A DNA stretch of 64,000 bases from Macrostomum lignano (Eukaryota): positions 62,001 through 126,000 of the forward strand of contig NIVC01000843.1 in assembly GCA_002269645.1 (NCBI GenBank). The letters run 5' to 3'. Below the pieces are notes generated by a model. It had not been told where the DNA came from and did not search any database. It saw nothing but the letters and a program-made list of their open reading frames with translations. A program made the position numbers and the translations under genes. Position 1 is the first letter of the stretch, and each line of letters starts with the position of its first letter. Below, in pieces: positions 11,993 to 24,700 of this stretch.

Positions 11993-13414
11993 GACCCTAA
12001 CCTAAGAGTCCCAGTCCCTAACCTAGGAATCCCAGTCCCTAACCTAGGAATCCCAGTCCCTAACCTAAGAATCCCAGTCCCTAACCTAAGAATCCCATCT
12101 CTAACCTAAGAATCCCAATCCCTAACCTAAGAATCCAATCCCTAACCTAGGAATCCCAGTCCCTAACCTAGGAATCCCAGTCCCTAACCTAGGAATCCCA
12201 GTCCCTAACCTAAGAATCCCAGTCCCTAACCTAAGAGTCCCAATCACTAACCTAAGAATCCCAATCACTAACCTAAGAATCCCAGTCCCTAACCTAAGAA
12301 TCCCATCTCTAACCTAAGAATCCCAATCCCTAACCTAAGAATCCAATCCCTAACCTAGGAATCCCAGTCCCTAACCTAGGAATCCCAGTCCCTAACCTAG
12401 GAATCCCAGTCCCTAACCTAGGAATCCCAGTCCCTAACCTAGGAATCCCAGTCCCTAACCTAAGAATCCCAGTCCCTAACCTAAGAGTCCCAATCACTAA
12501 CCTAAGAATCCCAATCACTAACCTAAGAATCCCAGTCCCTAACCTAAGAATCCCAGTCCCTAACCTAAGAATCCCATCTCTAACCTAAGAATCCCAATCC
12601 CTAACCTAAGAATCCAATCCCTAACCTAGGAATCCCAGTCCCTAACCTAGGAATCCCAGTCCCTAACCTAGGAATCCCAGTCCCTAACCTAAGAATCCCA
12701 ATCCCTAACCTAAGAGTACAATCCCTAACCTAGGAATCCCAGTCCCTAACCTAAGAATCCCAATCCCTAACCTAAGAATCCCATCTCTAACCTAAGAATC
12801 CCAATCCCTAACCTAAGAATCCCAATCCCTAACCTAAGAATCCCAGTCCCTAACCTAAGAATCCTAATCACTAACCTAAGAATCCCAGTCCCTAACCTAA
12901 GAATCCCAGTCCCTAACCTAAGAATCCCAATCCCTAACCTAAGAATCCCATCTCTAACCTAAGAATCCCAATCCCTAACCTAAGAATCCCAGTCCCTAAC
13001 CTAAGAATCCCAATCCCTAACCTAAGAGTACAATCCCTAACCTAGGAATCCCAGTCCCTAACCTAAGAATCCCAATCCCTAACCTAAGAATCCCATCTCT
13101 AACCTAAGAATCCCAATCCCTAACCTAAGAATCCCAATCCCTAACCTAAGAATCCCAGTCCCTAACCTAAGAATCCCAATCACTAACCTAAGAATCCCAG
13201 TCCCTAACCTAAGAATCCCAGTCCCTAACCTAAGAATCCCAATCCCTAACCTAAGAATCCCATCTCTAACCTAAGAATCCCAATCCCTAACCTAAGAATC
13301 CCAGTCCCTAACCTAAGAATCCCAATCCCTAACCTAAGAATCCCATCTCTAACCTAAGAATCCTAATCCCTAACCTAAGAATCCTAATCCCTAACCTAAG
13401 AATCCCAATCACTA
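11993..13414. repeat. 21-bp minisatellite CCCTAACCTAAGAATCCCAGT containing a telomere-like CCCTAA
   Basis: About 65 copies with block-wise higher-order duplication. Confidence 0.97.
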
Positions 13415-13506
13415 GTCCCAACTTCAAAATTTTAAACCTTCTGAAAGTTCTAATCATAGAAGAACAAGTATGAAAAGTGTTTTATTAAAAAATGAAAACT
13501 GACCAG

Positions 13507-15242
13507 AGTCTACCTGTGCCACATCCGCAATATTCAAGGCTATCTTGATAATCCAACGAGGACCGTTCGATCTGCCATCGTCAGTGAGCTCTGCCGATGG
13601 TGCTCTGCAATCATCGTTAATTAACCTTAAAGAAGAAGAACATTTAGGCAATGTCTGCATTGCATCAAGGCTATTCGGCTGCAATGGTAAGTTACGGCCA
13701 AATTTTTTATACGGCTCGTAGATTCAAATACGGCAGAGTAGCATTGACATTGTTATTTAGCTCTCCAGAATAGGACATCAGCTCTCCATTTGAGCCAGTT
13801 AGCATCTCAGCAACTCCCCATTGAGCCAATTGGCATCTCAGCAACTCCCCATTGAGCCAATTGGCATCTCAGCAACTCCCCATTGTGAGCCAATTGGCAT
13901 CTCAGCAACTCCGCATTGGGCCAATTGGCATCTCAGCAACTCCCCACTGAGCCAATTGGCATCTCAGCAACTCCCCATTGTGAGCCAATTGGAATCTCAG
14001 CAACTCCCCATTGAGCCAATTGGCATCTCAGCAACTCCCCATTGTGAGCCAATTGGCGTCTCAGCAACTCCCCATTGAGCCAATTGGCATCTCAGCAACT
14101 CCCCATTGAGCCAATTGGCATCTCAGCAACTCCCCATTGTGAGCCAATTGGCATCTCAGCAACTCCCCATTGTGAGCCAATTGGCATCTCAGCAACTCCC
14201 CATTGAGCCAATTGGCATCTCAGCAACTCCCCATTGTGAGCCAATTGGCATCTCAGCAACTCCCCATTGTGAGCCAATTGGCATCTCAGCAACTCCCCAT
14301 TGAGCCAATTGGCATCTCAGCAACTCCCCATTGTGAGCCAATTGGCATCTCAGCTACTTAAAAGTCTATAAGAATAATCTTCTATAAAAGTCAGTCTATT
14401 ACAAGTCCTTTTTCCTCTCCCATCGCGCAGCTCTGTGCCGTCACCTTGTCAGCTTGTCAGATCGTCATGTACCGCGGCCGCTACTACAAGTAGTGAAACT
14501 CAGCATTAAGCGCCATTGTGAGCAATGTGTGCAGCTTAGGCAGGTACAAGCGAAGAAACAAATCAATGTTCTCCTAGTGCCAACTAGTCTACCAGTAGCT
14601 TTGACATCCATCTCCAACTCGCCTTACGGATGTCAGTTATTAAATAATCTTCTATCGAGCAAGTCAAAAGCTACAATTCTGCTAGCTAGGCAGGCTTGGC
14701 TACTACCATATCGATCGCTTAATTTAGCTTGGTTCGACCGGCTGCTCAGCCTGCTTTGTCGGGCAATTGCTTTGGATGCACTTTTAGCTTGGCTATCAAC
14801 TCTGGGCGGCGGATTCTCCAACCTGGGCGATTCGTTTGCTGATGCTGCATCGATTGCTGGCGAAATTGCTTGTCGACAGTTTCGTGTTGCTATGGAGTTG
14901 GACGATGCCGAGTTGCAGTGCCGCTGCTGTATCTGGTACGCTCAGAGTCTGCTGCAGCGCGGCTTCATCAGCAGGGCTGCTAGGCTGCTTCGATCGGCTT
15001 ACGTTGCTTCTGTAAGGCGACCGGACGTGTCCGGGGATCCCAGGATTCGACTCATGTGTCTGGGCGTCTGGCGAAAGCTGCAAGCTGCTCAGATCAAGCG
15101 GCGACTCGATCGGTCTAGAAAATATCTACTAGGAGCAGAAACAATAGCGACTAAGGAAAATGGACAGTCGTCTCAATCGGAGAGGTTACTGTATCGATCT
15201 TATGACACGTCTGCTATTGTTGGTGCTATCATCAAAGTCTGA
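13507..15242 (+). CDS. DUF4807 / C. elegans F58A4.6-like conserved uncharacterised protein (5' end unresolved)
   Basis: Main exon 14431-15242 contains LLAWLSTLGGGFSNLGDSF...AGEIACRQFRVAMELDD...RCCIWYAQSLLQRG...RIRLMCLGVWRKL, the DUF4807 signature as I recall it. A phase-compatible candidate upstream exon is 13507-13686 (GTAAGT donor). No start codon identified. Confidence 0.72.
13786..14355. repeat. 31/33-bp minisatellite GAGCCAATTGGCATCTCAGCAACTCCCCATT(GT)
   Basis: Direct reading. Confidence 0.96.
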
Positions 15243-15305
15243 TGACTGATCATTGTTTCTTTTAAAAAAGCAACTTCCAAGAAAACGAATTTTAATTTCG
15301 ATCTC

Positions 15306-16285
15306 AATTAGAATCGCATTCGGGTTCGGACCCCCCCTCAATTAGAATCGCATTCTGACCCCTCCTCAATTAGAATCGCATTCTGACCCCCCCCTCAATT
15401 AGAATCGCATTCTGACCCCCCCCCTAATTAGAATCGCATTCTGACCCCCCCCCTCTCAATTAGAATCGCATTCTGACCCCCCCCCTCAATTAGAATCGCA
15501 TTCTGACCCCCCCCTCAATTAGAATCGCATTCTGACCCCCCTCTCAATTAGAATCGCATTCTGATCCCCCTCAATTAGAATCGCATTCTGACCCCCCCCT
15601 CAATTAGAATCGCATTCTGACCCCCCCCCCTAATTAGAATCGCATTCTGACCCCCCTAATTAGAATCGCATTAATCTGACGCCCCCCCCAATTAGAATCG
15701 CATTTTGACCCCCTCAATTAGAATCGCATTCTGACCCCCCCCCCCAATTAGAATCGCATTCTGACCCCCCCCCCAATTAGAATCGCATTCTAACCCCCCC
15801 CCCCCAATTAGAATCGCATTCTGACCCCCCCTCAATTAGAATCGCATTCTGACCCCCCCCCTAATTAGAATCGCATTCTGACCCCCCTAATTAGAATCGC
15901 ATTAATCTGACGCCCCCCCCCAATTAGAATCGCATTTTGACCCCCTCAATAAGAATCGCATTCTAACCCCCCCGCCCCCAATTAGAATCGCATTCTGACC
16001 CCCCCCCAATTAGAATCGCATTCTGACCCCCCCCCTCAATTAGAATCGCATTCTGACCCCCCCCCCCTAATTAGAATCGCATTCTGACCCCCCTAATTAG
16101 AATCGCATTAATCTGACGCCCCCCCCCCCAATTAGAATCGCATTTTGACCCCCTCAATTAGAATCGCATTCTAACCCCCCCGCCCCCAATTAGAATCGCA
16201 TTCTGACCCCCCCCAATTAGAATCGCATTCTGACCCCCCCAATTAGAATCGCATTCTGACCCCCCCCCAATTAGAATCGCATTCT
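15306..16285. repeat. About 30-bp minisatellite AATTAGAATCGCATTCTGA(C)n with variable poly-C
   Basis: Direct reading. Confidence 0.96.
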
Positions 16286-16604
16286 GAGACAAAAGTTCCA
16301 GTCTTACTATTGAAGTCTCAATTAAAACGACTTGAAATTTTATTTGCAACTGCGCAACTCGCTGCCCCTTAGCAACTAAAGGTAATAAAATGGGGACTGT
16401 GCTTAATGCTTTTGGTAATCTGAAATGTGTCTTACAATTTAATAGGCTATAAAATTCTTAATATATTGTAATAAACGGCTTTCTCATACTTAGTGCTGTA
16501 AACTTTTTTGAGTTTACTTTCAAGTTATTGCTTATTGCTTCTTGTGTGTCTGTTCTTTTAGTTTTAAAAGATTGTTTCCTTTACTTTATTTTCAGTAATA
16601 CAAA

Positions 16605-17088
16605 ATGGCCACAAGGCCGGTAACGCACCTAGCTGTTTACCGTACTTTCAATTCCTTGTAAATCCTTCCCGAGTTATTCATTTTTTCTTTTTATGTTTCT
16701 TTTTTACTAATGATGAAGAAAGCATAAGAAATGCTATAGGTTAGCTTAACTCTGAGAACTACATATTTACCTATACTTTAGGTCTGTTTTCGTACGAAGA
16801 TAAGCTTACCGTAAATAGATTTACATATTTACAGGTGTTTACTTATGTGTGGAAACACGATTTATAATCTGTTTACAAGTTAATAGATCAACTTGTATGA
16901 TTGTATCATTGAGCTATAGAGATGAAACAATACAGACAGGCAGACAGACGGACACACAGACAGACAGACAGACAGACAGACATAGGCAGACAGACAGACA
17001 TAGGCAGGCTGGCAGACAGACAGGCAGACAGACAGACATAGGCAGGCAGACAGACAGACAACAGACAGACAGACAGACAGACAGACAT

Positions 17089-17139
<51 letters not shown>

Positions 17140-17327
17140 GGCAGACAGACATAGGCAGACAGACAGACATAGGCAGGCAGGCAGACAGACAGGCAGACAG
17201 ACAGACATAGGCAGACAGACAGACATAGGCAGGCTGGCAGACAGACAGGCAGACAGACAGACATAGGCAGGCTGGCAGACAGACAGGCAGACAGACAGAC
17301 ATAGGCAGGCAGACAGACAGACAGACA

Positions 17328-17382
<55 letters not shown>

Positions 17383-17643
17383 GGCAGACAGACATAGGCA
17401 GACAGACAGACATAGGCAGGCAGGCAGACAGACAGGCAGACAGACAGACATAGGCAGACAGACAGACATAGGCAGGCTGGCAGACAGACAGGCAGACAGA
17501 CAGACATAGGCAGGCAGACAGACAGACAGACAGACAGACAGACAGGCAGGCAGACAGATAGACAGACAGACAGACAGACAGGCAGGCAGGCAGGCAGACA
17601 GATAGACATAGGCAGACAGACAGACAGACAGACATAGGCAGGC

Positions 17644-17696
<53 letters not shown>

Positions 17697-17759
17697 TAGG
17701 CAGGCAGGCAGGCAGGCAGGCAGACAGACAGACAGGCAGGCAGGCAGGCAGGCAGACAC

Positions 17760-17815
<56 letters not shown>

Positions 17816-18021
17816 CAGACAGGCAGGCAGGCAGGCAGACAGACAGACAGACAGGCAGGCAGGCAGGCAGACAGGCAGACAGACAGACACACAGACAGAC
17901 AGGCAGGCAGGCAGGCAGGCAGGCAGACAGGCAGACAGACAGACAGACAGACAGACACACAGACAGACAGACAGACAGACAGACAGGCAGGCAGGCAGGC
18001 AGACACACAGACAGACCGACA

Positions 18022-18056
<35 letters not shown>

Positions 18057-18289
18057 GGCAGGCAGGCAGGCAGACAGACAGGCAGACAGACAGACATAGG
18101 CAGACAGACAGACATAGGCAGGCTGGCAGACAGACAGGCAGACAGACAGACATAGGCAGGCAGACAGACAGACAGACAGACAGACAGGCAGGCAGGCAGA
18201 CAGATAGACAGACAGACAGACAGGCAGGCAGGCAGGCAGGCAGACAGATAGACATAGGCAGACAGACAGACAGACAGACATAGGCAGGC

Positions 18290-18330
<41 letters not shown>

Positions 18331-18331
18331 T

Positions 18332-18365
<34 letters not shown>

Positions 18366-18397
18366 ACAGACAGACAGGCAGGCAGGCAGGCAGACAC

Positions 18398-18465
<68 letters not shown>

Positions 18466-18574
18466 CAGACAGGCAGGCAGGCAGGCAGACAGACAGACAG
18501 ACAGGCAGGCAGGCAGGCAGACAGGCAGACAGACAGACACACAGACAGGCAGGCAGGCAGGCAGGCAGACAGGC

Positions 18575-18611
<37 letters not shown>

Positions 18612-18675
18612 CACAGACAGACAGACAGACAGACAGACAGGCAGGCAGGCAGGCAGACACACAGACAGACCGACA

Positions 18676-18710
<35 letters not shown>

Positions 18711-21700
18711 GGCAGGCAGGCAGGCAGACAGACACACAGACAGACAGGTGCACTCAGCAAGCAGCATGCCCAATGCAATACATATAACTATTATATTTCA
18801 GGATTACCCGCCGCAATCATCGGAAGAGAGCAGCTCCAGTCTGCTATTCTCTGTGCCGCAAACTTTAGGCCCGACGCCTCCTGTAAGTGATGGAATCGCT
18901 GCTTTGTTCTCTCGGGCTTGTTATTTAATTTATATTTGAAGAGCATAGGCTTTTAAAGCATAGTTAGAATAAAAATTTGTGCTTTTTAATTATAATATCA
19001 GCTCCGATGTTCGACCAATGCTACTACTAGTAGCAACGAGGTGACAACAGATTTTGAAGTGTCGTACGATCATACCGCTTCCCAGGCCGTCGAAGTCGCA
19101 GAAGATTTGCCGGCTTCTGAGGAGGCCGCAGCTGCCGCCTACGCGTTGCCAAGCGGTCAAGAGTTGCCCGGAAATCGGCTTGATTCTGCTTCTGGAAGCA
19201 GCGGCAGCAACAGCGGTAAGACTAATTTAGAAATAAAAACAAATTTATAAAATTTAGAATCCCTAGCTTAAGAGTTGTCTATAGAATCGCCAAGATAAAC
19301 CTTATAGATTCGCCAAAATAGACCCTCTAGATTTACCTAGATAATCCCTCTAGATTTGCCAAGATAGACCCTCTAGATTTACCTAGATAAGCCCTCTAGA
19401 TTTGCCAAGATAGACCCTCTAGATTTACCTAGATAAGCCCTCTAGATTTGCCAAGATAGACCCTCTAGATTTACCTAGATAAGCCCTCTAGATTTGCCAA
19501 GATAGACCCTCTAGATTTACCTAGATAAGCCCTCTAGATTTGCCAAGATAGACCCTCTAGATTTACCTAGATAAGCCCTCTAGATTTGCCAAGATAGACC
19601 CTCTAGATTTACCTAGATAAGCCCTCTAGATTTGCCAAGATAGACCCTCTAGATTTACCTAGATAAGCCCTCTAGATTTGCCAAGATAGACCCTCTAGAT
19701 TTACCTAGATAAGCCCTATAGATTTGCCAAGATAAGCCCTATAGATTTGCCAAGATAGACCTTATAAATTCGTCAAGATAGACCTTATAGATTCGGCAAG
19801 ATAGACCTTATAGATTCGGCAAGATAGACCTTATAGATTCGCCAAGATAGGCCTTATAGATTCGGCAGGATAAACCTTATATATTCGGCAAGATAGGCCT
19901 TATATATTCGGCAAGATAGGCCTTATAGATTCGGCAGGATAAACCTTATAGATTCGGCAAGATAGGCCTTATAGGCAAGATAAACCTTATCTATTCGCCA
20001 AGAAAGACCTTATAGATTCGCCATGACAAGCTCTAAGAGATTAGCTTTTTATCTCATCGCCCTCAGCAAAAGAAACGCCAGCGCCCATCGTTCATGCCAG
20101 TCGCTTAGGCGACAAAGAAGATGAAGAGAAGGATGATGAAGCTACCGCGCCAAATCAGCATCAGCCGCCCCAGTTGCTGGTTGGAGCCACCACTGCCAGT
20201 ACTAGCGATGGTGCAACCAGAACTCGAAGCACCGCTTTTTGCGCCTCTGAGACCAGCAGTGATTGGTTAGTTTTTTATTTTTGTTTTTGAGCACAACCTG
20301 TAAGCAGACTCGTATAGACATTGCTGACTCTCAGCATCCCTCTCACAGAGACTCCTGACTCTCAAAATCCCTCTCACAGAGACTCCTGACTCTCAATACA
20401 CCTTCACATAGACTCCTGACTCTCAAAATCCCTCTCACAGAGACTCCTGACTCTCAAAATCCCTCTCACAGAGACTCCTGACTCTCAAAATCCCTCTCAC
20501 AGAGACTCCTGACTCTCAAAATCCCTCTCACAGAGACTCCTGACTCTCAAAATCCCTCTCACAGAGACTCCTGACTCTCAGTACCGTCTTCAGAGAGACA
20601 AAGAGATCGAGACAGAGATCCCTGAATCTCAGGGCCTAATTAATCGGCGACTCTAATTCCCAGATTAACTAGTATAACTCCCTAATCTCTAAGAATCCCG
20701 AATTACTGAGTTGTCCCTCTTATTGCTCTTTAGCCTAACTTCTAAATTTTTCTCCTGCGACTGCTATTCAGATCCTCAATGCCTCAGCCCAGTGAGCAGA
20801 TGTGCAACCGACAGCTCAGCCGCAGCTATTGCGCGGCGCATCTGAAGGCTGCTTTCGGCTGTTCAGTCCAAGGACTGGTGGGGGGGGGGGTCGCCACACA
20901 CACCCTCAATTACCCCAGCCAATGCTGGCACCCATTTTACAGCTGGGTGAACTGAAGCAATGCAGAGTTAGGTCAGTGTTTTACTCAAGGACACAAATTG
21001 TTCGAATGGGATCGGGAATCGAACCCCCCACCTCTAAGTCGTGAATCCGACGCTCTAACCAGTAGGTTACAGCTCCCTAGTTAATACATGCAATGGTTTC
21101 TATGCAGCCTTTGCTAGCTGTTATTAATATATAATCATTTATAAATGTACTCCAGCGACTATCGGCAGCCTTCATATTTTGTCGGCTCTGATCCGCCAAT
21201 AGTGATTGACTCGGGCCCGGAGTCTCAGGCTAGACAGCAGCAGCAGATTCTGCCGCCGCCACCGCCGCCGCCGCCGCCGCCCTCTGGCGGCAACCGCAAG
21301 CGGGCTTGCAACACTGGCTCGGGCACTGATGCAGGGTTGTCTGATCAGTCTGGCTCCAGCAACACTCCTCGAAGCGGCCGGAAACGACAAAAGCAGCAGC
21401 AGCAGCCTCCTCAGCCTCAGCCGCCGCCGCCTTCTCCTCCGCCCCGACAGTCGACATCTTCGACTAATTCGTCATTATTTTCTTCGGCGTCGATGGCTTC
21501 TTCGGCTGCAGCGTTGGCTGGTAGCCAATTGTTTTTTTTTTATTTTACCTTTTTGTGTCTGTAGAAACGAGCTGTGCTTGAATTATTCTTCAAAATTGCT
21601 CTCAAAATGGGAAGATTTGGAGAATTGCTCAAAGTGAGAAGATTTGGGGGATTTCTGAAAATAGGAAAGATTTGATGATTCCTCAATGAGGGAATGAGAA

Positions 21701-24700
21701 TATTTGGGGATGGATCTAAATGGGAAAATTTGGGGATTGCTCAAAATGGGAAAATTTGGATATTGCTCAAAATGGGAAAATTTGAAGGATTGCTCAAAAT
21801 GGGAAGATTTGGAGAATTGCTCAAAATGGGAAGATTTGAAGGATTACTTAAAATGGGAATATTTGGGGCATTGCTCAAAATGGGAAGATTTGGGGATTGC
21901 TCAAAATGAGAAGATTTGGGGATTGCTCAAAATGAGAAGATTTGGGGGTTGCTCAAAATGGGATGATTTATAGATTGCTCAATGTGGGAAGATTTGGGGT
22001 ATTTCTCAAAATGGGAAGATTTGGGGATTGCTCAAGTTATTCTTCATAAGCATGCTTTCCTAATACACGCAGGTGGCAACCCGGAAGCGTTTCTCTGGCG
22101 TTCAGGAGCCTTGGCACCGGGCCAATACAACTGCGTGATGCTGATGTTTCCGCAAGCCATCGCCAGGGAAGCAATTCCCAGACTAAAGTCGGCTATAGAC
22201 GGTTGGCTAGGCCATCAAGGGGTCAGCGTGTCGGAGCTGCCCTTGACGTCGGAGCGGCCGTCTGAGAGAACCGATAATGGCTACGAAGGGGATAACAGCA
22301 GCAACTCGACCAGTTCCCATGCGGTTGCTACCGCAGCCGCCGCCGCCGCCGCAGTGCGTCGATCCGATGTTGCCAATTTCGGCGGCGACACCGGGTCCGC
22401 GCCGACACAGTTGAACACTGCGTCATCTTGTTCGACTGCAGGTCGGCAACAGGCTGCGAGTGACAGCACTCCGGGCTTCGTGCCCAGGATGGCCATCGCT
22501 CATGGTGCCGCCACAGCTGCTGAGAATGCTAATCCTTCCATAATCGCTACTAATAGTAGCGGTACCGATGATGCATCGAGCAGGTTTGTTTATTTTTCAG
22601 TTTTGTAAGTTCTATCCACACTCTATGGATGGGATTTTATACCATATAGAATTCCCCACACTCTATGGATGGGATTTTATACCATATAGAATTCCCCACA
22701 CTCTATGGATGGGATTTTATACCATATAGAATTCCCCACACTCTGGATGGGATTTCATACCATATAGAATTCCCCACACTCTATGGATGGGATTTCATAC
22801 CATATAGAATTCCCCACACTCTATGGATGGGATTTCATACCATATAGAATTCCCCACACTCTATGGATGGGATTTCATACCATGCGTGGGCTCGATAGTA
22901 AAAGTTAACACAGCTTCCCACACCTCACCCAGGCAGGTGTATGCCCTGTGGCGGGCTGACAGGTTCTACTACGCTGGTCGCATAGTTAGCACAGAGCCGC
23001 ACGGGGCTGAGCCTGTGGAACCATTTCGAATCGCATTCGATGACGGAAGCGTCGCACCATCGGTGCAATTCAATCAGATTGTCTGGCACAGTCTGCTTCC
23101 GGTTGGCACCAGAGTCTGCGCCGATCCCGCCTCTACCGGAAACTTCACTAATGGCTATGAGATTTTGAGGCACATCAGCCCTGCTAGCTCAGATATGAGT
23201 AGCCTGGTGTACTTGGTGAAGCACCAGAGCACTGGTCAGACTGTCGCGCTGCCTCGCGGCGGTGTCGCTCTGACTAAATCGTCCGCTCGTAGCCTACTAG
23301 CTAACGGCCCAGACTCCAGATGTTCTCCTGGCGAGCTTTCCGCCTCTTCTATTAGGGATCTATCATCTGATGTGGTGTTGGAGACCAGCAATGGTGCTAC
23401 TAGCACTACTAATAGTAATTCCAATTCAGTAGCCAATCAGCGAACTCAGAGAGTTCGTAAGGAGCGCCCGTTGAGAGGCAGTTGGCTGCCTGAACCGCCT
23501 GCCAGCGTTTGCGCGCCTGATAGGTGAGGTCGCGAGTTCGAATCTTTTGGGATTCGATACCATCGGACTGAAAAATTGTGTATGGTTAGATAAGATCCCG
23601 AGTGAGTTCGAATCCCACTTCAGTTTGACTCTTTAGGGCTGAGAATAGCGTGTAGATAAGGTCCCGAGTTCGAATCCCATAATTTGGTTTGAGTCTTTAG
23701 GACTGAGAATAGTGTATAGATAAGGTCCGGAGTTCGAATCCCAATTTAGCCATATTATTAGGCTGAAAATTCGTCGAAGAAGTCCCGGGTTCGAATCTCA
23801 ATTCGACCAATTGACCCACTGAAAATACAATAGGAAAGTCCTGAGTTCGAATCCCGTTTTGGTTGTTTGTCTGACTATAAATGAAGTCCCGAGTTCGCAT
23901 TCTGATTTAAGCTTTTTCGTTTTAAAATTACCTACTTTCAGTAGTAGTAAAAATCATGAACATCCTTTACTTTTCCCCAGGCCAGGAAGCGGACGAAAAT
24001 TAGGCTCCGCCAATAAGCGTCGTCAAGGAGGCGGCACCCCGTCAACTCCCAGGACTCCGTCATCAGCAGCCGCGGTCCCTGTCGCATCTACTTCGGCGGC
24101 CACCCCTCGGGGGGTTCGACGCCAGCTTCCAGAGCCAGAAGCTGCTGCTGTCTCGCCGGTGTCGCGTCGCTCTATAGACGAAGAGGTGAATCTGTCGTCT
24201 CTGCCGATGTCGCCGCCGCCGCGTCGAAGTCCTCGACGTGGCTTGAAGCAGCAGCAGCAGCAGCAGTCGGTGGCGGCGGGGTCAGACAGCCGCGGTCCAA
24301 TACTGGACTCGCACTTGTTTGCTGGCTACACATTTCTAATATCGAACTCTCCTTGTCCAGTTGATGATGCCCAGCTGCCCGCCGATGTCCTAGCTCGGCA
24401 GAATCGAGCTCGCGACCTCTTCGATCACGTCTGGCTAGAGCGGCAGTTGGTTCGAGGCGGCGGCAAGCTGTTCGCGGACAAGTTGACTTCGGACAATCTT
24501 CACAATCAACCGCTGATTCTGTTGTCGCCAAACTTCAGCAGATCGGTGAAGTTTCTGTTGTGCCTGACAGCTCGGGTGCCCTGCCTGTCGACTCTTTGGG
24601 TCACCGACTCCTGCTCTAGAGGCGCACTTCAGCCAGTTGATTCTTATCGACACGTTCGAGGATGGGATTCGTTGAATAATCGCCTAGTGCCCTGGTCTGC

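Noticed and set aside
11993-13414. True interstitial telomere
   Set aside because: CCCTAA occurs once per 21-bp unit rather than as (TTAGGG)n.
16880-18778. Three 600-aa Cys/Leu-rich minus-strand ORFs
   Set aside because: Translations of an (AGAC/AGGC)n microsatellite.
20772-20791. 20-nt microexon of 53BP1
   Set aside because: Inclusion creates TG|A in frame, whereas the flanking exons join in frame without it.
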